DNA of 64,000 nt. Origin: Vicugna vicugna. Its lineage: Eukaryota. Under the pieces are notes generated by a model. It saw only the letters and a list, made by a program, of their open reading frames with translations, was not told where the DNA came from and did not search any database. The stretch lies in assembly GCA_013265495.1 (NCBI GenBank), contig MU058718.1:2875779-2939778 (forward strand), read 5' to 3'. Shown one piece after another: positions 40,471 through 56,831 of this stretch (positions within the stretch are counted from its first letter, which is position 1; every line of letters begins with the position of its first letter). A program made the translations under genes and the position numbers.

Positions 40471-40793
40471 GTAATTTTTTTCCCTTTGAAGGGGAAAAAT
40501 GCTGCTAGAATTAAGAGTAAATAAGAAGGTCAAGGCCATGTAAATGCCAAAAGAAGGCTGGCAAATTTCAAGTTCCACCATCTTTAGGATGGAGAGCAAT
40601 CGTCTTCCTCCTTACCTGTAAGCAGGCCTATCGAGTACACGGAGAGACTGTGTGTACCCTGTTCTAAGGGGTGAAATGTGTATCTGCGCATGACAGAGGG
40701 TTTTACTGGCCATAAATCATCTGGGTTCCCATTTCTTGAATCATCATGAGTAGTGACACAACTGACTAGAAACCTGCTAAAGAAAACTCTTTA

Positions 40794-41105
<312 letters not shown>

Positions 41106-42975
41106 TTACTGCTCCCTCCTCCCACCCTCCCCACTCACTGGAAAGGGGGAAGCTGCAGCTAACAGCTGATCTCCCCTGACTGCAGCCTCACAGAGGTCGC
41201 AGGGAACAGGGACCCCAAGTCAGATGACCCAGACTGCAAAGATAACAATCCCTAAGGCCTGTAACACTTGACTTACTCAGAGAATGGACAAAAGATCCGA
41301 ATCATTCCACTCCAATGTGGCAAATACTACACAGAACAAGTTTTATAATAGAAGCCCAGGCATTTGTCGTCTGTATTAAAATAATTTTGCTACAATACTG
41401 CACACATGATATAAATGAGGATAAATTTGAGGGGACAATCATGGTTTTAATGTTACGAGGCCCCTTTTGGTTTTGTTTTTCATCTGAGCACATTACAAAT
41501 ACTCTAAGGCCCTTTCAAAAATATCTTGATTTATCTGCCCTACTAGAAAAAAATTTGCTTAACTATAAACAGTGGGTTTTCTTCCTCTCAGAATGAATGA
41601 ACTGAAAACTTTCCTTAAATCGTTTTCTTTTAATTAAGTGGATGTTACGTTATGAGTGTGCTTTCACAGGCACATGTTGTAACAATCACAACGGTCCTCA
41701 CAAATGGAAATGTAATAGTGCACTCATTACAATCCATTGAGGTCAGAAATAAATACAGTCCCCATTAAATACATTGAGTAAGAAGTGCTGACTGGGGAAA
41801 AACACGGTCAAGCTCCAAAATATGGCACAGGCAAAAAGAATGCCTCTGTCATCAAAGTAAAAATGCAAGAAAAAAAAATGTGTGTGTATGTATTTAATGC
41901 GTATTTGCCCCACTCTTATTTTTGTTTATCTGAGATTCATAGCTCATTAATTGATAATAACAAAAATGTATGAGTTTATTTTAACCAAGATCATGTTTAA
42001 GAATGAAAAGTTTAAAAATAAAGCATTTATGTACTTTATTTCCCCTTGGGACAGAGTGCTTTCTGAGTACTTCTTTTTATAATGCTGACTATCCACAGTA
42101 TTTGGACTAGCTCAACACTGGGGAAAGGGGCAGAAGTACAGGGCTGAATTAAGCATTTATTAGTCCCAGGGAGCTAATCAGTAATAATGTATTTTCTTTC
42201 TTTCCAGCACATTCCATTTCATTCTCATTAAGTAAATTGAGTAAAAATTTTATATAAACTGAGAATAACTAAAAAAGTTTCTCTGCCTTTAAAAAAATTC
42301 TTCATGGGCCAATTAATGTATTTTACTTCATAATTTGCATTTGGCAATAATATGAACATTAAGAGCAAATCTCAGATATAACTCATTAGTCAAATGTGTC
42401 TGTCTCTTTTACATGGAGCTTCTCAAAATTTAAAAATAAACAAGTAAAAAACAGAGTTCACATTTCTGCTATTTTCTATCAGCCAACAAAATCACCTCTG
42501 AAAATATTCCAGCACTGCATCCTCCTATACCAGTGATTAACTGAGCTTCTGAATTGGTGAATTCTGAGTCTGTATCATAAGCATAGTATTATTCATGCAC
42601 CCACCTCCAGAAAAAGAATTACCTTCCCCTGCCAAACTGCACCTAAGATTCTCAGAGGGTAGCTCCATTGGGCATAACCTTAGCTTTAAAGCTACTGCCA
42701 AGAACAGAAGCAAGATCCCAAAAGTGAAAAGAAAACCAGGCTGTATAAACACCCTGCATTTTTACAGAACAGAGTTCTTGCTGCTGCCCCACTCCCCACC
42801 CCACCACCAGAAAACATAATCCACTAACTAACTTCTCCACTTTTCACAAAAGTGTTATTTAGTTCTTTCTTAAATGAAATATCTTTTTGGTGACTGATTT
42901 GTTATGGAAAGTGTGGAGTAGAGAAAATGTGAGCCAGTGATATTGTTAACATTTTCACTGACAGTCTAACATTAT

Positions 42976-43272
<297 letters not shown>

Positions 43273-44228
43273 CTAAAACAGGCACACATAAAAAGCAAGC
43301 TATGTTTAGTCACTTTGAAAGTAGGTTTCAAAAACAACAAAATACCATTATTTACAAGATACTACATTGAACAGTTTCATCTACTTCTCATGAGTGGGGG
43401 CTTGCAGTGGGTAGACAGTGGTCCCACAGGGATACCAGGCGTATGCAAAACCAGGAAGCTATAAAGTCTCATCACTGTAGCTGATACGCATTCACTGTAA
43501 TGCCAATGACAACATAAGGGAAGATAAAAATAAATGCCAGTGGAAATTTCTAGCTGAGATCCAGCTCCTCTCTCAGCTCTGTCCCCTGTGGTGACCATTT
43601 GCTCCTCATTACAAATGTTCTCTTGTTCCTCTGACATTCCACATACCAAATTCTAACATGCTGTTTGTTTATTTAGACATTCATGTTCCTATTTTGTAGT
43701 TGGCTTTGATGTAGCCTTCCAGTTTACTCCAAGAATTCTTAAATACAAACTGGAGGATCTAGGATTAGAAACTGGGGATTATTCCTGATTTGCAAGAGTG
43801 ATCCTGGAAACACTAGGTAAATTCCCACGGAATGCTCCCCCGTGTAAATGGAAGGCACCAGTTTGATGAAGTAACAAAATATCAAATGTAAGAATAGCAA
43901 AACTAGATTGTAGAATGACTAATAATTTCTAGAACATCAGTTTTGACAACTAACTTGGCCAAAGAAGACGAACAAGTACTTTTTTTTCCACGCTTTCATT
44001 TCAAAACATTATCCCAAGATTACTAAAAAGTTATTACCAGTATTATTTTAGCAGACATCCAAAATCTATCGTGATATGCTATAAGCTATTAATACTTCAT
44101 TAATGTGACATTTTAGAACTTAAAATTCATTTCTCTTTCCCATTCTTTACCGTATTAAGTGTTAAGATATTTTTCTAATATATAATAGCTAAAATAAACC
44201 CTTTAAAAAGTCAAAATAATTTTGCTCA

Positions 44229-44354
<126 letters not shown>

Positions 44355-44714
44355 TTAACAAAAAAAAGGAGACAAAGTGATAAAGAAAGGCTAAATTTTT
44401 TAAAAGAAAAGAATATACAAAGAAATTTTTTTCAAAAAGCCTCAAGATTTATGAATGTACTCTGAATTCATGTATTATCAAGAAAACTCAACAAGATATT
44501 GAAGAATAAAACAGTCTATGGGGTAGATATTAATGAGATTCTTCATGAATTATCTTGCTTTTGCAATACAGAACACACACAATTAAAAACGTGTAACATT
44601 TACAAAAAGTGTTAGTAATATTCCAACACTTGCTTTTACTTAGTTTCTAGGGTCATTATAACTTACAGTCTAATTTCCAACATTGTGGGTGTTATTTGGT
44701 CTTAGAAAAACAAG

Positions 44715-44756
44715 CTCTCTCTCTTTCTCTCTCTCTCTCTCTCTATATATATATAC
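44715..44756. repeat. (CT)n(AT)n microsatellite
   Basis: ctctctctctttctctctctctctctctctatatatatata. Confidence 0.85.
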
Positions 44757-44809
44757 ATTTTTTTTAATACACTACCACTGTGTCTCTACCATCTGACAGT
44801 TCAACCACA

Positions 44810-45010
44810 GCTTTACACTTTAGGAATTCTCAAGCACACATCAATTCTGTAAAGCAGGTAGAGCAGTGATTTCCATCTGACATATGAGACAAAGCTGAAA
44901 CTGAGAGAAGTCAAGGGACATGTCTAAAGCCACATGGCTAGCCTGTGGTAGAACCAGAATCAGAACCAGGTCATCTGATTCCTGTTCCCATGTTCTTTCC
45001 CCATACTACA
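44810..45010 (-). mobile_element. MIR SINE
   Basis: gaaactgagagaagtcaagggacatgtctaaagccacatggcta. Confidence 0.65.
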
Positions 45011-46322
45011 ACCTCTTTTTTAAAAAGGACATCTTAAAAACTCTTATTCTGAAACCTAAGGAAGCTGTAAACTGGTTTTATTAGATTGACTTGTTAAACA
45101 ACAAAGATAAATAGCCTGGCTGTAGCTGGAATAAGAATTAACTTTGAGTACAAAATGAAAGTAAAGTAATTTAGAATCTGTACGGCATCTTATTCCTTCC
45201 TGGCTCTTCCCTGAAAGAATGACTTAGGGCTGTACTAACATAAGGACAGAGCTGAGCATTCGTGTTTTTATTGCTTTCACTGCCACAGGAAGACCTGAAG
45301 AGCAAATGGTTGACTCCTCACTTCCTGATGTGCTCCCTGCTCCAAGCTCTCTGGCCTCTCCAGAGCTGTCTTTTTAGACTAAAACAGTTCACATTTTAGA
45401 ACAGAACTGGTTGATCCATTGATCATGATACACTTTCCAATCTGCCAGATCTAAGCATTTTATGATACTAACCAGATCCTCAAGATTTCATAAGCCTTTA
45501 AATTTTAACCAATGCCAGCAGTAGAAAATGATTCATTCCAATTATAAAATATAAATATATTTCACACACAAAAAAATAGCCTCCTTGAAAAACTGAGCAA
45601 AGGTTTGAAAGGTTTTTGGTATCTAGAAGACTAAATTAGAGAAATCTTAAAATACGACTTGAAAGAAGAAAGTTTTAAGGAATGGCTGCACTTAAACTCT
45701 GGGAACTTAACTCTAACTAAGGTGCTATTGGGAGAGAAAGCTTATATGAAGCCCTTTACTTGAATCTTCTCACATAAAGTATACAGAAGAAACTGATCCC
45801 ACATCCCCAAGTCACATGTTCTGACTGGAAAAAAGAGAAGGGGTAAGGAAGGAAAAACAAAATAAGAGTAAATTAAGAGATCACTCTGTTATACTATATA
45901 TTCAACAGCAAGAGAACTTGAATAGAGAAAAGTCAGTTTCACTGTATCTAAATGCCTTTTAATGTCAAAAATTATAAAACAAATTAAATTACAAAACCAT
46001 CCAAGATGTTTTCCTACTAGCTCCAGCTGCTCCCTGATTGCAAAGAAACAAAAATCAAGCTTGGTTCATTAAAATGTAAAAGAGCAAACACATAAAATCC
46101 AAACTCTTAAAAAGGAACCAATTTTTATGTTCAAATCATAATAAATACATGGCCCAAAATTCTAAATCTTATAAGACATACAGAAGAATTAGGTTTAAAT
46201 AATGAATACTAGATTAAAAATGATAATCAGTTCATGGGTATTTTGAACATCACAATTATGTAACAATATGCCCAATTTAAGTTACAGCTATAAAATATCA
46301 TTTCCTCAGGGAGAGTTGGCTA

Positions 46323-46475
<153 letters not shown>

Positions 46476-49249
46476 TTAAGATAATAATTCAACCAAGTCC
46501 ACACACTGAGCCACAATCAGGCAATGCAATGCATCCTAAATACACGCCTTGAAAGGACAAGCTGACACTAGCAAAACAACAGTTGGAAATCACTTTAATC
46601 TGCAGCTGTGTTTCACTAACGATTATTACAATACAAATGTCTACAACGTGGTAATGAAATACCAATGCAATCTTGTACAAGACTCATAAATCTCACGATA
46701 CATGGACAAGGCCTTGGGTGCACAATAAATATGTGTTTCACAAGGAACCCAAAACAGCCTAATCAGTTTATCAAAATGATTCATTTGGCAAGTATCTCTA
46801 CAAGGAAAGTTTTCCTCTTGATGGTCTGAGCAAAATGCTCATATACTGCACAATGAGTTAATACCTTGCTTTTATTTATCTTAATTAATCACTTTTATTG
46901 ATATATCTTTTAAGTACCCAAACCAGTGTTTTTTTCTGGGTCCTAGTATAATTCAAACATAATAAAACCATATTAACTTGAAACTCTGGGGTTAAGTTAT
47001 TCTGAAAAGTTACATGTTGAATGATAAAACAGTCTTTAAAAGGTTTTTAAAGTCTTTAAAAGTTTTAACGACTTTTCAAATGTTTGATGAAGTATTTTGG
47101 GGGATAGTAATTCTAATGAGTCTGCCTTGCTGAATTCAGAATCACTAAAGCTTAAGAGTGTTGAGATTGACATTAAGGACCATCCAGGGCAATTTCTTCA
47201 TTTTAAAGAGGTAGGGGAAAAATAAAACCAGAAAGCTTGAAGTATATGTAGCTAGTAGTGGCAGAGACAGCAACTCACAACTTTGCTAATTTGTATATTA
47301 TTTCTATGTGTACATTATTAAAATATGTGCAACATATCAGTTTATCATTTTAGGTACATATATTATGGGTGGCATTTCCTCTCACATCTGTACTATTAAC
47401 TTGCAACTTCTTTCTTCAATTACGATGCCAGTAAGTTTTAACTATTACAAATTCTAAATTAGTAAACTCTGAATTAATGACTTTTTAATCATACCTTAAA
47501 ATACAGCCCAGATTCAGAAAATTAAAAAATGCTGAGATCTGCTCAGCAGCACCAGGGACTCAGTGAAGCTGGGACAGTGACTTATTTTATATTCAGGATA
47601 AACAGCAGGCACTCAGTAAATGTCTGATGAATGAATGCCAGAGGCCTGATTCCCCTGTGGGCCCCTCACCTTCCTTCTGTTCCATGACTACAGACTACTC
47701 TCTGACCCACTAAGCAGATCATTTAATAAACGTGCCATTCAAGAATTTAGGGGAAATGTATCAATGCAAAGCCAACACCACTGGGAGGATACATTTGCCA
47801 GGAGGAAATCAGGATCATCTTCATTCACTCAAAAGACTTTGGATTTGAGTTACTATGTCACTGTGATTCCACTTTACAGATAACCTTAAATAAAGAAAAT
47901 GATAAAGTAAAGGAAAAAGTGTCAAATGTTACATAAAACTGAACTATATACTACAAATTTTTGAGACTTAAAATCTCATACAGTCTAGGAGTTCTTTAAT
48001 CCTTGGTTTTGACTGTATTTAAAAATGTCATATACAAAGTGCTCTAGATAAAATGTGATAAAGAGTTAAAAGAAAAATTCCAAACCCCACACTGTATGTA
48101 AAATAAACACTGTTGTAACTTTGTGTAACTGCTGTTCAAATAATGCTGTACATTTCCTCCATGCATCTCATATAATTATTCTTCTTCCTCTAGTTTAAAT
48201 CAAGTACTTGGAGCCTACTGATAAAGCTCTTTAACATCTATCAAGGAAGTACAATGTTCTTGTTCAAGAACTGTAATTAAGTAAGGCTGTGGCTCTGAAG
48301 TTGTACCTGCTGTGAAAACAAATTTAAGTCTTTTGTATTTGCATATTACAAGTCTTTAAGGCTACATTTTAGCTGACTGTGAAATTTTTCAAGTTCTTTA
48401 ATCTTCAGGAGCAAAGGGAACTTTAAAAACTGCTATAGAGTATGAGGTATTAAGAATAAGAATTAAAACCTTATCTAAAAATATACTCTATATGAAACTT
48501 TTTAATAAGAACAGCATTTGATTCTAAATGTCAATGGTTGGTTACTGAGCAAGAAGGTTTAAAATAAACTCCAGAAAAAAAATTGTTCACTCTTGTTTCA
48601 GAAGTATAAGCTCTTAGCCACAATTTACATCACTAAAATATTTTGTGGCTCTTACATTTACCATCATTTTATTTCCTAAAATTTCCAAGTTTCCACATTT
48701 AATATTTATCTAATGGATTAAAATCACTTAGAACAGTCCCCATTAATTTAACTAATGGAGAATTAAAAATGCTGAAAACACTAAATTTACCCCACATGCA
48801 GGAAGGCAACATTCCATCAACTATACTTGTCAGGGAACAAACTTTCTTTGTTTAAAAAAAAATACTTAGAAATGATTTTTTTAAAAAGAAAGCATTAATG
48901 AAATAGTCTTTGTTATAATTAATTTGTTCCACCACAACTCTACAAATACCAACTGCTACTTTCTGAAGACAAAAATAACACTTTGTGGAAAACAACAGTC
49001 CTTTGACAGTCCTGATTTGGTTTTCTAGCAGTGAAGGGGGCTCCATACTACTTAACCCAGTCCCTCCTCCCTCCTTTGGTCCAACAGCTTGCTAATGAGG
49101 AGTCTGGACATGGTAGGACCATCTACATACCCTGGAATAAGAACAGTATCTACATGGAGTTCAGACACTCCAGCAGAGTTTAATTAACAGAGTGCCCTAA
49201 TAAAATGAGCAAACAGTTCAAAGAAATTAAAACAAGTGCTACTCTATTA

Positions 49250-50346
49250 AGTGCTCACTTACTGAGCAATTCCCAGGTCCCAGACATGCAATAAGCACTT
49301 TATGCCCATTATATCTTTATATGCTCGCAGTGTCCCTGTGAGGAGAGTAAGATTACCCCCACTTCATCGAAGAGGAAACTGAAGCAAAAAAACTAACTTG
49401 CCCAAAGCTGTACAGTAAGTTGTGGAGTAGTTCCCTGTGACTCTAAAGCCCTCCTTAATCGTGATGATATATGGCCTTACAGCCCATGATTATAGTCCTG
49501 ACTATCCTGTAGAAATTCTTATACTAATTTTGCAAAAGAAGATAATTGAAGTGTAAAATTAATCTCTTATAGGGAATTACAATGATAACAGCAGCTACTA
49601 TCTATGTGCTAGAAATTATGCTATTTGCTAACCCTTAACTCTCACAATGACCTTGTACCATAGGTATTATTTCACAGGCGAAGATGTTAAAGCTGAGGGA
49701 GGAGGTTTAATGAATTTTCCAAAAGTCACTCAGACATGGCATTTGAATTCTGGTCTGTGTCTTTTAAGTCCACTCATGTTTTCTCTTTAGCATACTGCCC
49801 CTTAATTATTCCCCATAAAGCAGAAAGGGAGCTAATACAAATCAAATACCTACTATGTACTAGGTACCAGACAAGTTGCTTTCACAAATGAGGAAGATGA
49901 GTGAGTTTAAACAACTTGTTTAAAGGTCACAAAACCAGTAAATTGTACAAGTCAAAATATAAATAATCTTATAACATTTCTCAGCAATAATGATGACAGT
50001 TGTATCATTATCACTAACAACCACCAACATTTACTTTGTCTTTACCATGTGTCATGTACTGTTCTAAGGCTTAGGCCGTTAAGACGATGTCCAAAAAACA
50101 GTCCATTAAACAGTTCTGTAGAGTGAAAGAAAGTAAGTGGTGCTAGCCTACATGTCTCTGCCTACCTGGCTCAAGATTTTAAAGTATCTACAGCACCCGT
50201 TCAGGGGATGTTGTTAAACGCAGATGCCTACGTCCTATGCTAGACTTATTAGATCAGCATCTCCAAGGAGTACAGTCCCACAGTCTGAGTATTTAACAAG
50301 CTCTCCAAATAATTCTGATGTATATCAAGTTTTAAAACCACTGATC
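49250..50346. mobile_element. MIR cluster (minus) plus a MER5-like element at ~50190-50346
   Basis: gaggaaactgaagc...aacttgcccaaag; atttaacaagctctccaaataattctgatg...aaaccactg. Confidence 0.65.
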
Positions 50347-51179
50347 CACAGGAACAAATGGACTGGCTATCTGCCGATAATAATTCTCCATAATTCTCTT
50401 CCTCAGCTGAGATTTTAGTACAAATTAATCAGCTCCTACTCTTCCTCACTCAGTTAGTCTCCCTTCCAGTTACCTGAGGTCAGTAAGGTTTTGCTCCATA
50501 TCCTTTACGTGGATATAGACACACATATGAACATGTGCACACATATTCTACCAGGTGGAAAGACAGGAATGGAATGGAGAGTAGGTTCTCAAGTGCTCAT
50601 GCTATATGTTTACGTACATTCTTAAAATTTAGTTGGTATCTTTTTTATATAACTGTATAAAAGAACTCAAAAAGCATATTCATATATATATGTAAATTAC
50701 ATTTTAATATATTTTGTCAGTGTCCATACTGGCAAAACATTGTCAATTTTAATTAGGCTTCAAAAACCAAATGCTGCAGAAATAACAGTCTATCACTTTA
50801 CACGTCCAAAAACAACTTTGAGTACCCTGAAGAGGAATGTACCTATTCAACAGAAATTATGCCCAACAAATTGATAATGTTCATTCAATAGGCAGGTTTG
50901 ATGCTCAGACAATTCCTGTGAGCAAAAACAAGGTTATATCAGTAACTCAAGAAAATGTGGTGACTGTCAGAATAAAACCAAAATAATCATGGTAATAAGC
51001 AGCACCTTTTTCTATATAAAGTTTTAATGGAGCTATTTAAATGTTATGCAGATTCAGTATACCATTTACAAATATTCTTTTGTACAGAAACTGGGTTAAA
51101 AATATAGTAGCATATAGCAAAGAAAACTAATTCAAGGCATGCACTAAGGCAATTTTTTCCTTAATTCCATTAGAATACA

Positions 51180-51842
51180 ATCAGTGAAAGAAAGAATACG
51201 AAAGCTGATAATAGGAGAGGGGCTGAAAAACGCTAGGTATGACTGTGATGCCCATAAATTGTTTGGAAGTCTCTACCAAAGCTAAACATACGTATACTTG
51301 ATGATTCACAACCCACTCTCAGGTATAAGCCCAGAAATGAATACATATGTGCATACACATAAAATACTCATAACAGTTTTGTCCATAATAGCCCCAAACT
51401 TAAAATAATCCCATATCCATAAATAATAGCTGGATAGAGAAAATGGGCATACTCATACAATGAAATGTTATACAATAATGAAAAAGAAAGAATAACTGTC
51501 ACATGCAGAGCATGGATGAATTTCACAGGCCAAATGCAGAATGAAAGAAGCCAGATGCAAAAGTAAGCACACCACATTATTTTAGCTGCATGAACTTCAG
51601 AAACAAGAAAGTTACTCTATGGTGACAGAGGTGGGAATAGTTATTACCTTTTGGGTAGAGACTGTTGACTAGGAGGGATCACAAAAGATCTTTCTGGGGT
51701 GCTAGAAATCTACTATATCTCAAACTAGATGATGGTTACATGGATGTAATATACACTTATGAAAATTCACTGAGATGCACACTTAAGATTCCTATACTTT
51801 TGTACATAAATTGTAATTTAATTTTAAAAGTAAAAAAATAAA
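51180..51842 (+). mobile_element. Old L1 (L1ME-like) 3' end
   Basis: cataatagccccaaac...catggatgaatttcaca...gaaaattcactgagatgcacacttaagat, A-rich end. Confidence 0.8.
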
Positions 51843-52336
51843 GTATCATATTCCTCAATGTTCAAGTTAAATAAGAGAGTTAACTCTGACTCATAAACCA
51901 TAAGGAACAGCTGAGTGTTCAGATACAGAGCCTATTCTTGAAATTGGCTAGACTTAGGCTACAGGCCACTATTAAAACAATGATCACAATGCATATTAAA
52001 AAGCTAGCAACTGTATATTACCATTTCATTTGTGTAGGTGACAACTCAAAAGTATTTAAAAAGCAAACACATATATCAATAAAAATTATATTTCAATAAA
52101 AAATTTAAAAATAGCAAAGTGTTCGCAGTTTTCTATAATATAGTAACCAAAATAATTTTACTGGTGAGAGAATGTTGGAGGCAGCTGCACTTGAGCCATA
52201 ATTCAAAGTTTATACCTGTGTAGATGACTTTAATTCCCTAATTCTGCCACATTATTAATGGTCTCATTCTGTCATGATTTTGCCCTTAGCCAAGTCATAA
52301 CTTGAACAAGGTCACTGGTGAGAACATCACTATTTA

Positions 52337-52609
<273 letters not shown>

Positions 52610-53009
52610 CTGTAAAAAAGCCCGAAAGGAGGCCGTGAATGAAGGCGGTGAGCCTGGTGAGGACAGAGACGGGGAGAGGGCAGCAGTACAACTGCTCCTG
52701 TTGGCACAGGCGAGGGCTGCCTAGTTTCATCAACGAGAAGGCACCGAAATGTACTCTGTACTTTGCCCACTATCAACTGTGTCAGAACTTTCATTCACAG
52801 TCATGTATCAAACATGGAGCCAATGAGTGCCTCATACATTCAAGGCAGTACCATATACTGCAGGGCTCACAGAAGCAGAGGCCTGCCTTTGAAAAGTGTC
52901 CAGTCTCACTTGGAAGACAAGGAAGGGTTCTGAAATAAACATACAAAATGACAAAACAACACCGACAACAAAATTCTCAATCCCTCTCTTTTTCCGTCCA
53001 TTACAATCA

Positions 53010-53260
53010 AACAAATAAATGCCTTGGCTCTTACATTATACTCTTTCTTCAACCACTGTGGCCTGGCTTCCACTTCCTTCTCTTCACCAGCATGGCTTTG
53101 CCACAGGAAGCTAGTAATCTCTAGACCATCAGCAGAATCCATAGGATTCACTTTGACTGATCTCTCTATGGATGACACTCACCAAGGCTGTTAAGCCCTC
53201 CTTGCAACTTTTTTCTCCCTGAAATTTTATGGTACTCCTCTCTCTCCTGATTCTCTAATC
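53010..53260 (+). mobile_element. Degenerate L2 RT-region fragment
   Basis: Pyrimidine-rich ccactgtggcctggcttccac...tgatctctct...ccctccttg pattern. Confidence 0.5.
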
Positions 53261-56029
53261 TGTCAATGCAAACTTAATTTTTCTATTTGATTTCACCAAT
53301 CAACTAATGCATAGAAATAACGAGACTGCATATATCAAACCATATTTGTATACTATGGATTCTGGATACTGCTCATATTTAATCAGTTTATTAAAATATG
53401 TAATTTTATTTTTTAACTTCTCTCAGATTTTCAGTGTATACAATTGTGTTTGTAAGTAATGAAGATTTTTATCTCCAATTCTCAATAATCATGCCTTTTA
53501 TTCCTCTTTCATGTCTCATTGTGTTGCAAGACCTTGCAGAATAATTCTAAAACAGTGGTGGATATTTCCTACTTTTAGTGAATGTGTCCAGTATTTCATA
53601 TATTATTGCTAATATAACACTATTCAACCAAAGTATATTAAGACTACTTGCCTGTCAAACCATTAGTAATTACTTACATTGTTTCTTTCCAGCTATATTT
53701 GTGGAATATATAGGAATTTCTAGGAATATGGAATTGTCTTACCAGGCAGAAAGTATAATCGTACAGTTATAATAGAAAAGCTATTACTCACATATATCAA
53801 AGCATAAATCAGACAGAATCCTGGCCTATTTGCTTAAGGTTCAATGTCTACCTGTTATCGGCAAGAAGACAGGTGAGAATATATTCTTAAATGGCACCAT
53901 GAGTAAATATAAACTAGTATTTCTTTTTAAAGTATAAATAAAATGCCACCCACAAAGGATCTACTCAAACTAAGTAAAAACAAATGATAATCTTATATAC
54001 ACTATTTCCTTACTAGGAAGGTGACCAAAAGCCCCTTTAGGAATATTCTGCTCTTCTTATAACATAATAGCAACTGTTTCACATCACCCCAGAGTGTCAC
54101 CAGAGGTCAGTGCTACAGTTCTCCCCAGTATGGGATGATCAGCCTACCTGTTCTATTACCACAAACTAACTGCATACACACAAAAATCCAGTCACCCATT
54201 TGAAGAATGCACACTTTTAGTTTAACAGTACCAAAGCACCAGTTGGAGGACCAGTGCTGGGTGCATCAGGATTACCTGGGTGTTTGTAATAAATACAGAA
54301 TCCTGAGCACAGTGACATTGCTACTTGCTTGTAATCTCCAGAGTCAGGACCTGGGAATCTTAATCTTTAAAAAAAGTTCCCCAAGTATCTCTGACATGCA
54401 GTCACACAGAGAAATCACACTTTAGTTAACAGAAGGAAGGTGTTGAGCTGAGGGTTCAATATAATACCTTGATAGTATACACTGGGAAAACATCTTGAGG
54501 TATAGAATTAGGGATAAGCAACATATGTGAAAGACAGCACACATCATCACTATAACGGAAAAAAAGAAAGTCCTCAACATTTTCAAAGGTGTAAATTCCT
54601 AAAACAGGTCAAATTTGTGTACTCAGAATATTTTCCTGAAAAATGTTACTAGGTGATCTAGGGATAAATAAGTTGGGAAAGCAAGATATCCTATACATAC
54701 CCTCTCTTAGAAATTCAGAAAGCATTAAAGGCTCTGAGAAGTCCTGCAGGCAACTTCTTAAATTTGTTTAACTTAGTATTTCTCAATCTTACTTGGGCAC
54801 AGAATATTTCCCCTCTCCTCGCAAGGTATCTTTACTAAGTTTCTATAGAATAATATTCTTAGGCATACTATTTGAGAAATAGTCTTAAAACTATTTCATT
54901 GTCAAATATAATTCACGGTAAATTTGTCGCTATGAATTGATATATTCCAACACTCAGGACTCCTCTCTGATATTAAAATCTTTTCAAGAAATTATAAGCT
55001 ATGATTAAATGCATCTTATTTAAATTCAAACTCTAAAATGATATTAATTCCAATATAATTATTTAAACCTATATTTCAAATTTAATTACTCATATAATTT
55101 TCCATTTCTAATTAAACCAACTAAAGAGGGGTATTTCTACTGACCTACTTTCTAGACTTTAAAAAATAAACTAGGGAAAAAATATCTTCTGAGGTTTGGG
55201 ATGTTTCCAGAGCATCATTGCAATAATTTTAATGTTACATTGAGTGAAATTTTTATTTATTGGTTTATTCATAGTTTAGATAATGCAGCATAAAAAAGGA
55301 TAGCAGAGGATTACTGAAGAATATTTAATGAAAGTAAAATCTTTAAGAAGTAGTACTGCTTCATTGTTGCATTTTCTGCTTTGAGGATAGCAAATCAGAA
55401 AAGCCCTGAGAGAGAATTAGGATTTTACTTTACCCAGGCCTGCCTTTAAGCTGATTAAAAAGTTCCACTAAAACAGCAAAATACACGTATCTCTAATGTA
55501 CTTCAGTATAAAATTAAATCTTAAATTGGAGAGTCCTGGGAGAGAGAATTAGACTAAATTTATACCAATTTTAATTGTAAAATTTAGCCTCTGAGCCACT
55601 GGCTACTTATTCTGTGTCCAAAGCTAAGTCCCAACTCAGTCCCAGGAAGGCACATTCCCTGCTCCAGGGCAGCCCTTGTCTATTCAATAATCCTGGCATA
55701 GATATCTATGAAGAACAAATCATGTCATAGTATCATATCTTCCAGACAACAAAACACTTACATAGTGATCAAACCCCATCCTGCCATCTTCATGAATACA
55801 CAGCATACAAACAAAACGTTAAGCTATGAGACTTCCCCACCTGAATTTTACAGCCACATTATTGTAAGTCTCTTACTTCCTAATCAGCCCCATTGTTTAC
55901 AAAATTACTTCATTTCTTTTAAGAATCAGTTAGCCACCACCCAGTATGGATACTCAATACTTATTTCTATTTTTTAGAAATTATTCAACATAACCTTTAA
56001 AACTGGGTCACCTTGGAATAAAAGGACAA

Positions 56030-56212
56030 ACCTTAGTTCATTATACTGTATCAATACTGGTTCATTAGTTGTGACAAATGTACTATATTCATGGAAGATG
56101 CCTCAAGAGGGAAAGTAGGTACCTGTGTGGTATGGAGGAACTCTGTGCTATCTTTGCAACTTCTGTATATTTGAAAGTATACTAAAGTCAAAAAGTTTAT
56201 TAAAGGAAAAAA
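56030..56212 (+). mobile_element. L1 (L1MC-like) 3' tail
   Basis: ggttcattagttgtgacaaatgtac...ggaactctgtgctatctttgcaac...aagtttattaaa. Confidence 0.7.
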
Positions 56213-56831
56213 CAACCAAAGGCACCAGAAACTTCCTACCCACGTAACATGTGTACAGTCTCACTTTTAATGGAGGCAAAGGTGAATTCTCAATTATGAG
56301 ATTGTCACCTTAAAAAAAGTGAAAGGGTGGCAATCTGATAAAGAAATTCACTATAATGCAAGCATAGTTATTAGACATATCTCAACAGTCAATGAAGTAT
56401 CTTTAGTATCTAGCAAAGACAAGGCAAAAACTATCCTGGAAAACTGGACTGCAGAGATCCCTGTCTTCTAACTTAATCACTGCTTATTTATGAAGCTCAA
56501 GTTACACACACAGTACTGGAATACTTACTTGCTGAAAAGCAGAATACAAAAGCAATAGAAGATGTGCCCCCCTATACCCAGGAATTCACCATCTAGTTAG
56601 GGATATAACACTGCCAAGACGCTTAAGATGATGATACTGTCCCTGCTTCCCAAGAGCACAGACTCTGATGGGCAATTCTTAAGGAAGAATAATAAATGAC
56701 ACTATTAGGTATGTGAATACTGTGGCTAAGATCATTTTGTAATAAACAGTATATAGTCTTTTAATGTATGGTGTCCTAAAAGTGACATCAAAATGCCCTT
56801 GGTAAAATTAGCTTTTTTTTTTTTTGATGTT

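Noticed and set aside
55403..55552. Direct repeat gagagagaattag about 130 bp apart
   Set aside because: Only two short, low-complexity copies, compatible with chance.
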